Assembly (NCBI GenBank): GCA_963737155.1
Contig: CAVTRN010000002.1
Location: 320,001-384,000, forward strand
Direction: 5' to 3'
DNA length: 64,000 nucleotides
Origin: Nitrospirota bacterium
GTDB lineage: Bacteria; Nitrospirota; UBA9217
Made by a program: the position numbers and the translations under genes. The notes under the pieces were generated by a model that searched no databases, was not told where the DNA came from, and was given only the letters and a program-made list of their open reading frames with translations. How positions within the stretch are numbered: position 1 is the first letter of the stretch; each line of letters begins with the position of its first letter. Shown here piece after piece: positions 20,559 through 30,552 of this stretch.

Positions 20559-20595
20559 AGTCGTTAAACATGCAATTCTCCGCACAAAGAAGTAA
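20539..20595 (+). pseudogene. HU pseudogene, 3' part
   Basis: Encodes VKFGVAKVVKHAILRTKK* versus VKFRVAKAAKDAILGTK* in the intact copy. Confidence 0.85.
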
Positions 20596-20639
20596 TCACC
20601 CCCCTTTGTTTTGTTATTCTAAGCCCATTCCCAATCGAG

Positions 20640-20995
20640 GGGGCGACCGTACTCGCGGCTAAATGGGGAAGGGCTCTCATAGTCTATCTGAAACGCCGCG
20701 GTGTCGCGTCCTGATTTTCGGCGAGCATTGGCGTCGCGCTTCGTTCAAACACAAGCATTTCTGGTACTGCAGCGGGCTCATGGCCGTTACCGCTCGGAAA
20801 TGATGGTGGAAGGTCGATGTACGCAGGTTATCCTGCGCTGCGAAGTAATCGATGCGCAACGGCTGTGTGAAGGTACTCTTCAACCAATCGATTGCCCGCG
20901 CTATCTGTTGACTCTGACTTCCCGCCGATGATCGGCGCAAGGACCGGGATATCCTTCGGGTCAGTAAGCAAGTCGATCAACCGTTGAACACTTGA
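20640..20995 (-). pseudogene. AraC-family regulator C-terminal fragment
   Basis: QIARAIDWLK..FTQPLRI..STFHHHFRAVTAMSPLQYQK, with frameshifts and no N-terminus. Confidence 0.8.
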
Positions 20996-21774
20996 CACTT
21001 GCTCAATCCTCAATAATACTATAATAAAGATAAAGCGCTCCCTTTTCGTGGAAAAAAGGCAACTCCTACCGCGATTGTGGGAGGCCGCCGCTGGTGATTT
21101 AAATGTGGCTATGAAAATAGCACTTTAGTCGGATTGATATATTCTTGAAGCGGACGATCCTTAAGAAAAGAATTCGGCTCCCAACAGATCCGATGTCGTC
21201 CGTGTTAGTAGCCGTCCGCGGAAAAGGCGGATGCGACCGCAGATCTCACGGAGTCCACACGCTTTCTCTATGATTATGTGGCGGAGGTATCGGACTGATA
21301 TTCGAATTGGTGTTCCATTGCCTCTGGGAGCCTGTGCATGTGGCGAGGGTGAACCTTGTGTACTTCAGCCTGCACGCCGGCCGCGTTCGGCTGAAGTTGT
21401 TTGATCATCCCGCAAAAGCCATGATCGCTTCCGATGACATGTTTCTGCCTGGCTAGAAGGACAACAAGTACACCACAAATCCTAATGCGGAACAACGAGG
21501 AACGCAGTTGAACTACGCGCCAGTGCTACTGGTGTGTGGTGAAGACGATCTCCTCTTTACAGAATCTGCCAGCCGGAAGATCTTTCAGCGCTATTACAGC
21601 TCGGGGTACAGGTTCAGCATAACGTATACCCCGGTTTTTGACACGATCCGGTCGTCTACACCTTGATGATAGATCATCTGGACTGGAGCGCAGACTGGTT
21701 TGCCGGAGAACCGGCGCCAAACAATTGTCCCTCGTATTCTAAAAATGTCAATGCGTATCAGGCAGGAGTGAAAA

Positions 21775-22923
21775 TTGGTCTCTGACACAACGAAGCAGAA
21801 AGCCGAGGTGACCCTGCTGCGTCTTCCCGACGCCACGCTAACAGTGCGCCTATCAGGGGAATGGAAATTGGGAAGGCAGCTGTCGCAGGGTGAGGAGTTC
21901 CGGCGCCAGATCGAGTCCGCCGGCACGGTCAGCCGAATCACCCTTGATACTCAAGCAATGACAGCATGGGACAGCGGCCTCATTACCTTTCTCCTACATA
22001 TCATCGAGATTGGCTCTGAATTGCATATTCCTGTCGAGAAGGATAGCCTACCAGCAGGCGTGCAGCGGATCCTGGCCCTTACCTCTGCGGTCCCTGAAAG
22101 TAAAGGTGCCCGCAGGGAAGCAGCGAATATCTCCTTTCTTGACAGGGTCGGCGACTCTGCGATCGCTTTCTGGCATTCTAATCTCGAAATGCTCGCTTTC
22201 ATCGGAGAGGCATCTGTCGCCTTTATGAAGTTGTTCGTTGGAAAGGCCCAGTTCCGCCCCGCGGATCTCCTTCTCTTGATGCAGGAATGCGGTGCGCAAG
22301 CGCTTCCGATTGTCTCCCTCATCAGCATCCTTGTCGGGATCATCCTGGCTTTCATCGGCGCCATCCAGCTTAAAATTTTTGGTGCGCAGATTTACGTCGC
22401 CAGCCTCGTAGGGATCGGGATGGTCCGGGCACTTGCGGCTATTATGACCGGGATCATTATGGCCGGTCGTACAGGAGCATCATTCGCCGCGCAGCTCGGC
22501 ATGATGCAGGTAAACGAAGAGATCGACGCCTTAAAAACCCTTGGTATCTCGCCTATGGAATTGCTCGTGGTCCCGAGAATGCTCGCCCTTTTTCTGATGA
22601 TGCCTCTTTTAAGTCTTTACGCAAATCTGATGGGATTACTCGGAGGTTTGATCATTGGGGTCTCGATGCTTGATTTGGGTTTCATGGAATATTACAACAA
22701 TACACGGGAATACGTGCACCTGAACGACTTGTGGGTCGGGCTCTTCAGTGCCGCGGTCTTCGGCATCCTCGTGGCACTAGCAGGCTGTCTTCGCGGGCTG
22801 CAGTCCGGACGGAGCGCTTCAGCAGTCGGTGAAGCGACAACCTCTGCAGTGGTGACAAGCATAGTCAGCATTGTTGTGGCGATGGCGTTGATAACCTTTG
22901 TTTGTTATATGCTGAATATCTGA
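21775..22923 (+). CDS. mlaE: MlaE-family ABC permease with N-terminal STAS-like domain
   Basis: IIMAGRTGASFAAQLGMMQVNEEIDALKTLG, VGEATTSAVV. Confidence 0.9.
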   Translation: MVSDTTKQKAEVTLLRLPDATLTVRLSGEWKLGRQLSQGEEFRRQIESAGTVSRITLDTQAMTAWDSGLITFLLHIIEIGSELHIPVEKDSLPAGVQRILALTSAVPESKGARREAANISFLDRVGDSAIAFWHSNLEMLAFIGEASVAFMKLFVGKAQFRPADLLLLMQECGAQALPIVSLISILVGIILAFIGAIQLKIFGAQIYVASLVGIGMVRALAAIMTGIIMAGRTGASFAAQLGMMQVNEEIDALKTLGISPMELLVVPRMLALFLMMPLLSLYANLMGLLGGLIIGVSMLDLGFMEYYNNTREYVHLNDLWVGLFSAAVFGILVALAGCLRGLQSGRSASAVGEATTSAVVTSIVSIVVAMALITFVCYMLNI

Positions 22924-22939
22924 GGAGTACAGAGCGGAG

Positions 22940-23701
22940 ATGAAGAAAGCAGAGCCACATATTGTTGTACAGGACCTGACCGTGGCCTATGGGAGTAATG
23001 TGATCCTGCATGACCTAACCTTTACCATTAACAGGGGCGATATATTTATAATAATGGGAGTAAATGGTGGAGGCAAGAGCACCGTTTTGCGGAGTATGGT
23101 CGGACTCCTTCCTCCGACAAAAGGACAGGTCCTCTATGACGGCTTGAGCTACTGGTCCGCAGAGCCCGAAGAACAGAAGAGCATCATGAGAAAATTCGGC
23201 ATACTCTATCAGAGCGGCGCCCTCTGGAGTTCTCTCACCCTTGCCGAAAACATTGCCCTCCCGCTCCAGCAATACACGGATCTGAGCCCAGGTCAAATTA
23301 AGAAGATTGTCTTGCTCAAGCTCGCAATTGTCGGACTTGCCGGCTTCGAGGAGTACTATCCATCCGAGATCAGCGGTGGTATGAAGAAGCGCGCCGGCCT
23401 GGCCCGCGCCATGGCATTAGACCCTGATATCCTTTTCTTCGATGAGCCTTCTGCGGGGCTAGACCCGATCAGCGCCCATCTGCTTGACGAGCTGATCATC
23501 GAACTGAGAAATAGTCTCGGAACTACAGTCGTTGTTTTGACCCATGATTTGGCGAGCATCTTTGCGATCGGGAACAACTCGGTCTTTCTCGACGCCGACA
23601 CGAAAACGATGATCGCTGTGGGAGAGCCCAGGATACTTCTCGCCGAGTCAAAGGACCCCAAAGTGATTAACTTTCTGACCCGGGGAGAGGGACGTGTATA
23701 A
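22940..23701 (+). CDS. mlaF: MlaF-like ABC ATP-binding protein
   Basis: GVNGGGKST, ISGGMKKRAGLARA, FFDEPSAGLDP. Confidence 0.9.
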   Translation: MKKAEPHIVVQDLTVAYGSNVILHDLTFTINRGDIFIIMGVNGGGKSTVLRSMVGLLPPTKGQVLYDGLSYWSAEPEEQKSIMRKFGILYQSGALWSSLTLAENIALPLQQYTDLSPGQIKKIVLLKLAIVGLAGFEEYYPSEISGGMKKRAGLARAMALDPDILFFDEPSAGLDPISAHLLDELIIELRNSLGTTVVVLTHDLASIFAIGNNSVFLDADTKTMIAVGEPRILLAESKDPKVINFLTRGEGRV

Positions 23702-23740
23702 AAGTGATATGATCGATATCTATAATTGAGGTGAAAAATA

Positions 23741-24742
23741 ATGAGTAAACAGGCAAGCAGAACGCTCATCGGCGCTTTTGTCCTGGGCGCTTTGGGACTT
23801 ATCGTTGCGGGCGTAGTCGTTTTTGGTTCGGGCAGGTTTTTCAGGAAGGTCAATAGGGATGTGATGTTCTTTGAGGGCTCGGTGAAAGGACTTCAGATCG
23901 GGGCACCGGTTGTGTTCCGTGGCGTCCAGATAGGACAGGTGACCAAGGTTGTCCTGGAAATCAATAAAAAAAACCTCAGCGCTCTCATCCCGGTTTACGT
24001 GGAAATCTATCCGCAAAATATCGTGCAAATAGGGGGCGATCATAGCAATGACCAACGGTATCTTCAGGCATTGATAGAGAAGGGATTGAGAGCTCAGCTC
24101 CAGTTACAGAGCTTTGTCACTGGCCAACTCTTGGTCAACCTCGATTTCTACCCGGATACTCCGATCAGGCTTGTAGGTCTCGAAACGGAGTATCCTGAGA
24201 TCCCGACAATTCCTTCGGATCTGGAGCAGCTGACAAAAAGATTAGAGGAGTTGCCGCTCAATGAGATCGCCAACAGATTAAACGAAACCCTTGCAGGAAT
24301 AAATAAGCTCCTCAATTCCCGGGACCTGCAGACAAGCATCGGCTCGTTAAATCGGTTGCTCAAAAACAGTGATGCGCTTGTGAATAATCTTAATGCCGAA
24401 GTCAGGCCGCTAGCTTCAGACATCAAGGGGACAACGGATGCCGCCAGGGCAGCTTTTGTGCAGGCCGAAAAAACACTCAGATTAGATGAAGGCGTGCCTG
24501 GGGAGGTTGCATCGAGTATTAAAGAAACCCTATCGGCAGCCGACGCCACTCTGAAAGAAACACACGCGGCAGTCGAAAATCTCAACGGGATTGCCGTGCA
24601 GAATGCAAATCTCGGATATGAGATAGGCAGGACACTTGAGCAGATCACTCAGCTTTCACGTTCCATCCGTGTTCTGGCGGATTACCTTGAACGCCACCCT
24701 GAAGCACTGCTTAGAGGGAAGAGCCCCGCTAAAGGAGAATGA
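23741..24742 (+). CDS. mlaD: MlaD/MCE family protein
   Basis: SVKGLQIGAPVVFRGVQIGQV MCE motif. Ends YLERHPEALLRGK. Confidence 0.9.
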   Translation: MSKQASRTLIGAFVLGALGLIVAGVVVFGSGRFFRKVNRDVMFFEGSVKGLQIGAPVVFRGVQIGQVTKVVLEINKKNLSALIPVYVEIYPQNIVQIGGDHSNDQRYLQALIEKGLRAQLQLQSFVTGQLLVNLDFYPDTPIRLVGLETEYPEIPTIPSDLEQLTKRLEELPLNEIANRLNETLAGINKLLNSRDLQTSIGSLNRLLKNSDALVNNLNAEVRPLASDIKGTTDAARAAFVQAEKTLRLDEGVPGEVASSIKETLSAADATLKETHAAVENLNGIAVQNANLGYEIGRTLEQITQLSRSIRVLADYLERHPEALLRGKSPAKGE

Positions 24743-25384
24743 ATGAGAACTATTCGTTTGGATCAGCATACGCTTGTTACCCTCGCATTATTCGTGGTAA
24801 TTCTCACCGGGTGCGCCAGTTCACCGCCGTCGAAGTTCTATCAGTTAAACCCGGTGCAGAGCAGGACTTCGGTCGACCATGATGTCGCGCCCTACCAAAA
24901 CTTGGTCATTGCCATAGGTCCCATTAGCATACCTGACTATCTGGACCGACCCCAGATAGTGACCCGCAATGGCCAGAATGAACTTAAACTCTCGGAATTT
25001 GACCGATGGGCCGGCTCTTTGGAGAGCGATGTCAACCGTGTTCTCGCAGAGGACATCTCGAGCATTCTTCCTGTGGATCGTTTTTCTATCGTGTGTTGGA
25101 CGACACCCTACCTGGAGAGTCAAGTGCCCGCTTCGTATGGAGTCGAAGTGCATGTGGACCGTTTTGAGGGAATGCTCGGTGATTCAGTGCAGTTGAAAGC
25201 CCAATGGGGAGTATTCGCCAAAGACAGGAGTTTGCTCCTGAAAAAAGAATCACGGATCAGCGAACAGATGCATGGCAATAGTTATGGTGCACTTGTTGCT
25301 GCGATGAGTAGTGCTCTTGAAAGACTGAGCCGTGATATCGCGGGAGGAATCATGTCTGTTCTCCCTCAGGAGCCGACAAGATAA
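24743..25384 (+). CDS. pqiC: PqiC-family lipoprotein
   Basis: Lipobox LTGC. IPDYLDRPQIV..RWA motif. Confidence 0.85.
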   Translation: MRTIRLDQHTLVTLALFVVILTGCASSPPSKFYQLNPVQSRTSVDHDVAPYQNLVIAIGPISIPDYLDRPQIVTRNGQNELKLSEFDRWAGSLESDVNRVLAEDISSILPVDRFSIVCWTTPYLESQVPASYGVEVHVDRFEGMLGDSVQLKAQWGVFAKDRSLLLKKESRISEQMHGNSYGALVAAMSSALERLSRDIAGGIMSVLPQEPTR

Positions 25385-25471
25385 TCTAGAACAAAGTACA
25401 CAAGTTCAATACATGAAGCTGCTCGATTACATCGCGCAGCGTTTTAGCGGACGGAACAACGCGGCCCCATT

Positions 25472-25882
25472 TCATTCATTGGTCGAAGCCATCAGCCGCT
25501 GCCTGTCCTTGAACAGCATCTCGCATTTGTGGGCATGGAGCTTCATTACAATGCCCTTGCCGAACGTTTGGTGATTTACAATGTCGCCTATGCGGTATTT
25601 CGAAGCCATGCTGTAATCACGCTCTTTTCCTTTTGCCTCTGCGAGACCGGCCGTCCAGATGATCTCCGCTGTCGCTGCTTCTCCGGCACCTTTTTTCGCT
25701 CTCGGTTTCCGGACTTTTTGAGCTTCAAGGGGACTCCTGAATTTGTGCATGCTGCCGCACATCTTGCATCTCACTTTTGCGATCGTTTCTCCATCCATTG
25801 TCATGATGGTATGATCGCGATTCACCTTGCACTTCCCGCAATAGGAATCAATGTTAAAACCCGCCGAATTCTTTTCCACCAT
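25472..25882 (-). CDS. Conserved hypothetical zinc-ribbon protein
   Basis: CGKC...CKMC plus C-terminal GDIVNHQTFGKGIV. GGAGG RBS. Confidence 0.8.
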   Translation of the reverse strand: MVEKNSAGFNIDSYCGKCKVNRDHTIMTMDGETIAKVRCKMCGSMHKFRSPLEAQKVRKPRAKKGAGEAATAEIIWTAGLAEAKGKERDYSMASKYRIGDIVNHQTFGKGIVMKLHAHKCEMLFKDRQRLMASTNE

Positions 25883-26299
25883 ATTGCCTCCTCATTATTT
25901 GTTTACGACGAACAAGTCTGTGCTGTGAAACTGATCGGAGAGAGGGGTGAAGGCCTGAAGCTACGCTTCTCTAGGATAGAGTCATTATACACTTTACTCG
26001 CGGAAAAGCTAGTAGTCACGACATACTGGCCTGATGGCAATATCTTTGAGGCAACGAACGAATATTACGGCCCGGCCCAGTCGGTCTTTGGCATGTATTC
26101 ACGAAATGATCAAGCGGAAGCGGAAATAGTCTATACATGGTGATTGTATCCCTCTCACTCGTCCCTTCGCACTCCTGAGCAAATATTCGCGATCTGTCGT
26201 TGATATTCTCCCTGACCTGAAAGCGGAGGATTCCCGAATCAGGCGGTAGTGCACTGAGATTCGCTGCTGATTCTGTTAGCAACGGTGGCAGAGATGCTT

Positions 26300-26422
26300 G
26301 CCACCGTTGCTGCCACCCTCCGCGACACCAGTCCTGCGAGAAAAGGGGCTGCGATAATCGATGAAGGACTGCGCGCTCTTGTTGATCCCTATCTAATGAA
26401 GATGGCCCTTGCCAACCTGTTT
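26300..26422 (+). pseudogene. Histidine kinase fragment (pre-N-box)
   Basis: VAATLRDTSPARKGAAIIDEGLRALVDPYLMKMALANLF aligns to IATTLRETEPDRSVDIVITEGMRASVDPNLIRIALMNLI of the kinase at 53644-58128. Confidence 0.6.
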
Positions 26423-26650
26423 GCCCCTGCGTGAAGATTATTACCGATAAGTTTCACATTATTCAACACCTATTACAACCCTTCAACGCTGTGCGCTTCC
26501 AGGAGATTTGCAAGGGTGGGAAAGGGATGAAAAAAAGGCTGTCGGGAGAAAAAGCTTATCCTGCGTTCCCATCAGCCCCATGTGCAAAGGAATGCGCGAG
26601 TGGCGCTCAACGACACCTTGCGTGCGAACAGTCGATTGGTGAAGTCGCAT
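26423..26650 (+). mobile_element. ISL3-family transposase fragment
   Basis: KIITDKFHIIQHL..AVR motif, frameshifted. Confidence 0.65.
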
Positions 26651-26859
26651 TTAATGTAGCTATTGTTAAAAAAAATAGAGCTGAATCCGAGGCTCTCTAT
26701 AATTCTACTATATTGAAAAAATGTGATACATTGTGGTGACATGCCTATTTTGCGGTAATTTCTTGATCAAATTACGAAAATGATGACATCAGCACCGGTA
26801 ACCAGTTGAATCTATTGCCATAACGTTGGGACACAAAGTGACTATCACTATTAAACTGA

Positions 26860-27435
26860 TTACAATGCTGCCCAGGCAGTCGTGCAAATCCCGCCAGGCG
26901 CAGCAGATAAGTTACTGGTAGTAGCTGTTCCAGCTATGTCACCAACCTTTACCTCTCCGCCTAAGGCAGAGCCAGTAGCATTTTGGGACCAATATAGAGA
27001 CGTCGTTGTGGAATCCATCCCGTAACAGCGGTTCCCCGAAGTATTATCTGAAACTCCGGTATAAGTAACACCTGAACCATTTGCATTAATTAATAAAGAG
27101 TCGTTCTGGGAAAGACCAAAGTTTATGAACGTAGCAGAGGATGGAATTGTTGTGCCATTAATTGCATTTTTAGCAACCATGGTGCTAACCGTTGCGTTGG
27201 TGATCACAGTGCCAACAGCACCGGCACCCGCAGTCGATACATACGCCTGCCAATCAGAGTAGAAAGCTTCTTCCGAGGTGCGGGCATTGCGAAGGTCAGC
27301 CAATGCGGCGGCATTATAACCTTTCATACGATACTGAGAGAACTGCGGAATGGCGATGGCGGCTAAAATTGCAATGATGGCCACCACGATAAGAAGTTCT
27401 ATAAGGGTAAAACCTTTGCTGTTTTTAATCTTCAT
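26860..27435 (-). CDS. pilA: Type IVa major pilin
   Basis: KG|FTLIELLIVVAIIAILAAIAIPQF prepilin cleavage/methylation motif. AGGAGG RBS. C-terminal Cys pair. Confidence 0.92.
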   Translation of the reverse strand: MKIKNSKGFTLIELLIVVAIIAILAAIAIPQFSQYRMKGYNAAALADLRNARTSEEAFYSDWQAYVSTAGAGAVGTVITNATVSTMVAKNAINGTTIPSSATFINFGLSQNDSLLINANGSGVTYTGVSDNTSGNRCYGMDSTTTSLYWSQNATGSALGGEVKVGDIAGTATTSNLSAAPGGICTTAWAAL

Positions 27436-27566
27436 CTTGTTCCTCCTATAAGGTGAGTTGTCATAGATGTACAAAATTACTATACATCATCAATAATTAC
27501 TGCTTCTGTACAACGCTTAATCCTGAATACAGACCCCCTTTGTATTGCGTTTTCCTTTTTTAATAC

Positions 27567-27581
27567 GCACTCTACATGCCA
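27567..27581 (-). promoter_or_regulatory. sigma54 (-24/-12) promoter of pilA
   Basis: TGGCATGTAGAGTGC versus consensus TGGCACGNNNNTTGC, with correct GG-N10-GC spacing. pilA is typically sigma54/PilR-dependent. Confidence 0.65.
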
Positions 27582-27884
27582 TAATAAAAATAAGCCTGAT
27601 AAGTTGCGGTTCAATTGCTATTTTATTTATCGGCAAATATTTGTAAATCTTTAATTTATTTTTTTCCTAAAATTATTTTTTTGGCTCTTGGCACGGAACC
27701 ATGGGTTGATACGTTCTATAACTTTTTAAGGCAATCATTGAGGGAAACGAAAAAAGATTGAAGTTTGTAACCCATTGAAATTATGAGATTGCCGTCCTGA
27801 CAATGACGGCTTTCAAAAAAAATGTGTAGCCATAATGACATATCCACACATATCGCCTTGAGCCGAAGGATTTTCAGTTATCTG

Positions 27885-28079
27885 CTAAGCGACACATCTT
27901 ACATGAAACTCGCTTCTGAAGAAATCACACTCCAGACAATGGAATAGTTTATCATCAAAATTATCTTGTTTCTCTTCATTACAGATTGTCCCAAGTACAA
28001 GGGCGCACTGATTTCCATTCGAAGGGTATGCAGAGCAGAATTCGCGACAGTCGCATCTTTTAAAGTCCCAGCAATTCAT
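27885..28079 (-). CDS. Small Cys-rich CW-domain protein
   Basis: MNCWDFKRC..CSAYP..C..V.GT.C...CLECDFF. AAGGA RBS. Confidence 0.7.
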   Translation of the reverse strand: MNCWDFKRCDCREFCSAYPSNGNQCALVLGTICNEEKQDNFDDKLFHCLECDFFRSEFHVRCVA

Positions 28080-28163
28080 GATTGAGCGCGTCCTTTCGCC
28101 GAGAATGCTCTTATCTCTTCAGTACTTGTTCATCTTCCCCTTGGGAGAAGTGCCCCGGCATTT

Positions 28164-28412
28164 TTATATGGCGCGTTTTTTCAGCACAATTATGAGCGCC
28201 AGATAACTGATGATCGTTGCAGACATGAAGGTATCTGCAATAAACGCCCCCGTTGTTCCCGTTCTTTCCAGTGTTTCAAAGTAATTTGTTGCCAACAGGA
28301 GAAAGGGATAAGCAACCACAACCATGATTTTCCATATACGGGGAATGAATATTGAAAAACTGGTGACCCGATTCTCATCGGCTTGACCACTATCAACGCG
28401 TATTATTCCCAT
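28164..28412 (-). CDS. Small two-TM membrane protein
   Basis: GGAGG RBS. Two hydrophobic segments. Confidence 0.5.
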   Translation of the reverse strand: MGIIRVDSGQADENRVTSFSIFIPRIWKIMVVVAYPFLLLATNYFETLERTGTTGAFIADTFMSATIISYLALIIVLKKRAI

Positions 28413-28579
28413 ACTTGGCGTCCTCCAATCGAAAATACGGCTAACTTATTGATATTCTTATGCATTGTTTATGGTAACCTCAATTCTAACTAATTGTCGC
28501 TTGGCTACTTTGTATGAGCGGATGTTTTATTTTACATTATCACAATAAAATTGGTTTGTCAAGTTTTTAGTTGTTTTTT

Positions 28580-28740
28580 TCGGGACGCCTTCCCGCGCCT
28601 TCATAATGAAATAAAGTTCGAAAGAACGGGGATTGGCCCAGCCCTCGTCGAACGGATTATTCGCCATCACGAAGGGAAAAAGCTGAGCGGAGGGAGAGGT
28701 TGCTAAGGGGCGACGATCTATTTCACGCTCGGACAATAAA
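28580..28740 (+). pseudogene. Histidine kinase HATPase C-terminal fragment
   Basis: RLHNEIKFERTGIGPALVERIIRHHEGKS*AEGEVAKGATIYFTLG, with an internal stop. Confidence 0.7.
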
Positions 28741-28989
28741 AGGACTAGGTGTCACTGATACATGATACAATGAGAAATCTTTGCCCATGTCGTAAATTGA
28801 CATTACAATGTTGTAGGTGGAAACGAGATAGACATAATTTTTGATGTGGTGTAAAATCCATGTCCTCAGTATCGCTTCCGAGTCCTATGACGTTTTTTAT
28901 CATTTTAAACAAATTTACCCACCACCACGATTGAGAGCGAGGTCAACGCGATGGTCAGTCGAAGCTGTAATGCCGAAAGGAGAGCAACG

Positions 28990-29451
28990 ATGCAGAGGCT
29001 CATTGTGCTGATCTTGGTGTTGGGGACGGGCGTGTGGCTCAGCCAGACCGCAATTGCTGGCGGCGACTGGAACGACGCCGACATTAACTGGCAGCCCTAT
29101 GAGCAAGGGTTGGCCATGGCGAAAGAGGAGAACAAGCCCGTGTGTCTCATCTTCTACACCGAGTGGTGCCCGCACTGCATCAACTACAGCAAGCTGTTCC
29201 ACAATGATAACGTGGTCGAGCGAACGAAACAGTTTATCATGATTCGCGTCGATAATGACAAACACCCGGACCTGCGCATGAAGTATGCATCGGACGGCCA
29301 GTACATCCCGCGAACGTATTTCCTGTCACCTGAAGGCACGCTCGATACGTCGATCCACGTGGCACGCGACCGCTACATGTACTTTTACGACGAGCACAAT
29401 CCATCCGCGTTGCTGGACGGTATGAACCAAGCATTACAGAAGCTGCGCTGA
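28990..29451 (+). CDS. Exported thioredoxin-family protein
   Basis: Signal peptide, WCPHC active site, cis-Pro motif YIPR. Confidence 0.88.
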   Translation: MQRLIVLILVLGTGVWLSQTAIAGGDWNDADINWQPYEQGLAMAKEENKPVCLIFYTEWCPHCINYSKLFHNDNVVERTKQFIMIRVDNDKHPDLRMKYASDGQYIPRTYFLSPEGTLDTSIHVARDRYMYFYDEHNPSALLDGMNQALQKLR

Positions 29452-29571
29452 GAAGAGAACGCATCCGGGGTCAGTGTCGCTCCGCACGTATAAACGGGTT
29501 CACTTACTCCCATCCGTTGCTGAATGGAAGAGTTATCATTGCTGAAAAAGCCTTTGAAAAGACGATATCCT

Positions 29572-30552
29572 ATGACAATTAAAATTCTATCTTTAGACGG
29601 CGGGGGGATACGGGGAATTATACCCGCAACAATCTTGGCCGAAATAGAGGGCCGGACGAAGAGGCCTATCAGTTCACTGTTCGATCTCATTGCGGGAACG
29701 TCAACGGGCGGCATCCTTGCCCTCGGACTAGCAAAGCCGAATAACGGCAAACCCAGCTACAGCGCACGCGACTTCGTCCAACTCTACGAGGACAAAGGAG
29801 AAAGGATCTTTTCGCATTCCCTCTGTTACGAGATCCGCTCACTCCGGGGATTGAGGGAGGAGCGTTATCCGTCGAACGGCATCGAGGCCGTATTGGATGA
29901 GTACTTTGGCACCGCGAGACTTTCCGAATCGTTAACGGACCTCTTTATCACGAGCTATGAAATCGAAAGCCGTGATCCTTTTTTCTTCAGAACCACGAAA
30001 GCGAAAAACGACCCGGCCTACGATTATCTGATGAGGGACGTTGCCCGCGCCACCTCAGCGGCCCCGACCTACTTCGAGGCGGCCAAAGTGCGTTCCGTAA
30101 AGCAGGCTGCAGGTAACGATCGTTTGGACTATTACGCCCTTGTCGACGGGGGAATGTTCGCGAACAACCCGGGCATGTGCGCGTTCGTCGAGGCGAAGGC
30201 CGACAGAACAATCAACAAACGGAGCAAGGAGGATGTACTGATGGTATCGGTCGGGACCGGTCAGCTTACCAGGACGCTTCCTTACACGAGGGTAAAAGAT
30301 TGGGGCATTGTGCAGTGGGCGAAACCGGCGTTGGACGTCGTTTTCGACGGGGTGAACGACACGATCGATTACCAGCTGAGACTATTATTGACTGAGGACA
30401 GTTATTACCGCTTCCAAGTCAGCCTCGAGATTCTGGGCAGCGATGATATGGACAATACAACCGAGCAGAATTTGCACGAGCTGAAAGCAGTCGCAGAGGA
30501 ATTGATCAAAAAAGAGAGTGAAATGCTGGATCGTTTGTGCGAAAAACTATAA
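29572..30552 (+). CDS. Patatin-like phospholipase
   Basis: DGGGIRG, GTSTG, ATSAAPTYF and DGG motifs. Confidence 0.93.
   Translation: MTIKILSLDGGGIRGIIPATILAEIEGRTKRPISSLFDLIAGTSTGGILALGLAKPNNGKPSYSARDFVQLYEDKGERIFSHSLCYEIRSLRGLREERYPSNGIEAVLDEYFGTARLSESLTDLFITSYEIESRDPFFFRTTKAKNDPAYDYLMRDVARATSAAPTYFEAAKVRSVKQAAGNDRLDYYALVDGGMFANNPGMCAFVEAKADRTINKRSKEDVLMVSVGTGQLTRTLPYTRVKDWGIVQWAKPALDVVFDGVNDTIDYQLRLLLTEDSYYRFQVSLEILGSDDMDNTTEQNLHELKAVAEELIKKESEMLDRLCEKL

Noticed and set aside
18773-20700. TnpB-like protein as a Cas12 with a CRISPR array
   Set aside because: No repeat-spacer array or cas genes nearby, and the flanks are explained by HU pseudogene sequence.
26278-26311. Perfect 13-bp inverted repeat AGCAACGGTGGCA/TGCCACCGTTGCT
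   Set aside because: No T-tract or recognisable riboswitch motif, and one arm overlaps the kinase remnant. Probably a rearrangement scar.
29572-30552. Patatin as a CBASS CapV-type effector
   Set aside because: No CD-NTase or other CBASS gene is adjacent, so it is treated as a standalone phospholipase.
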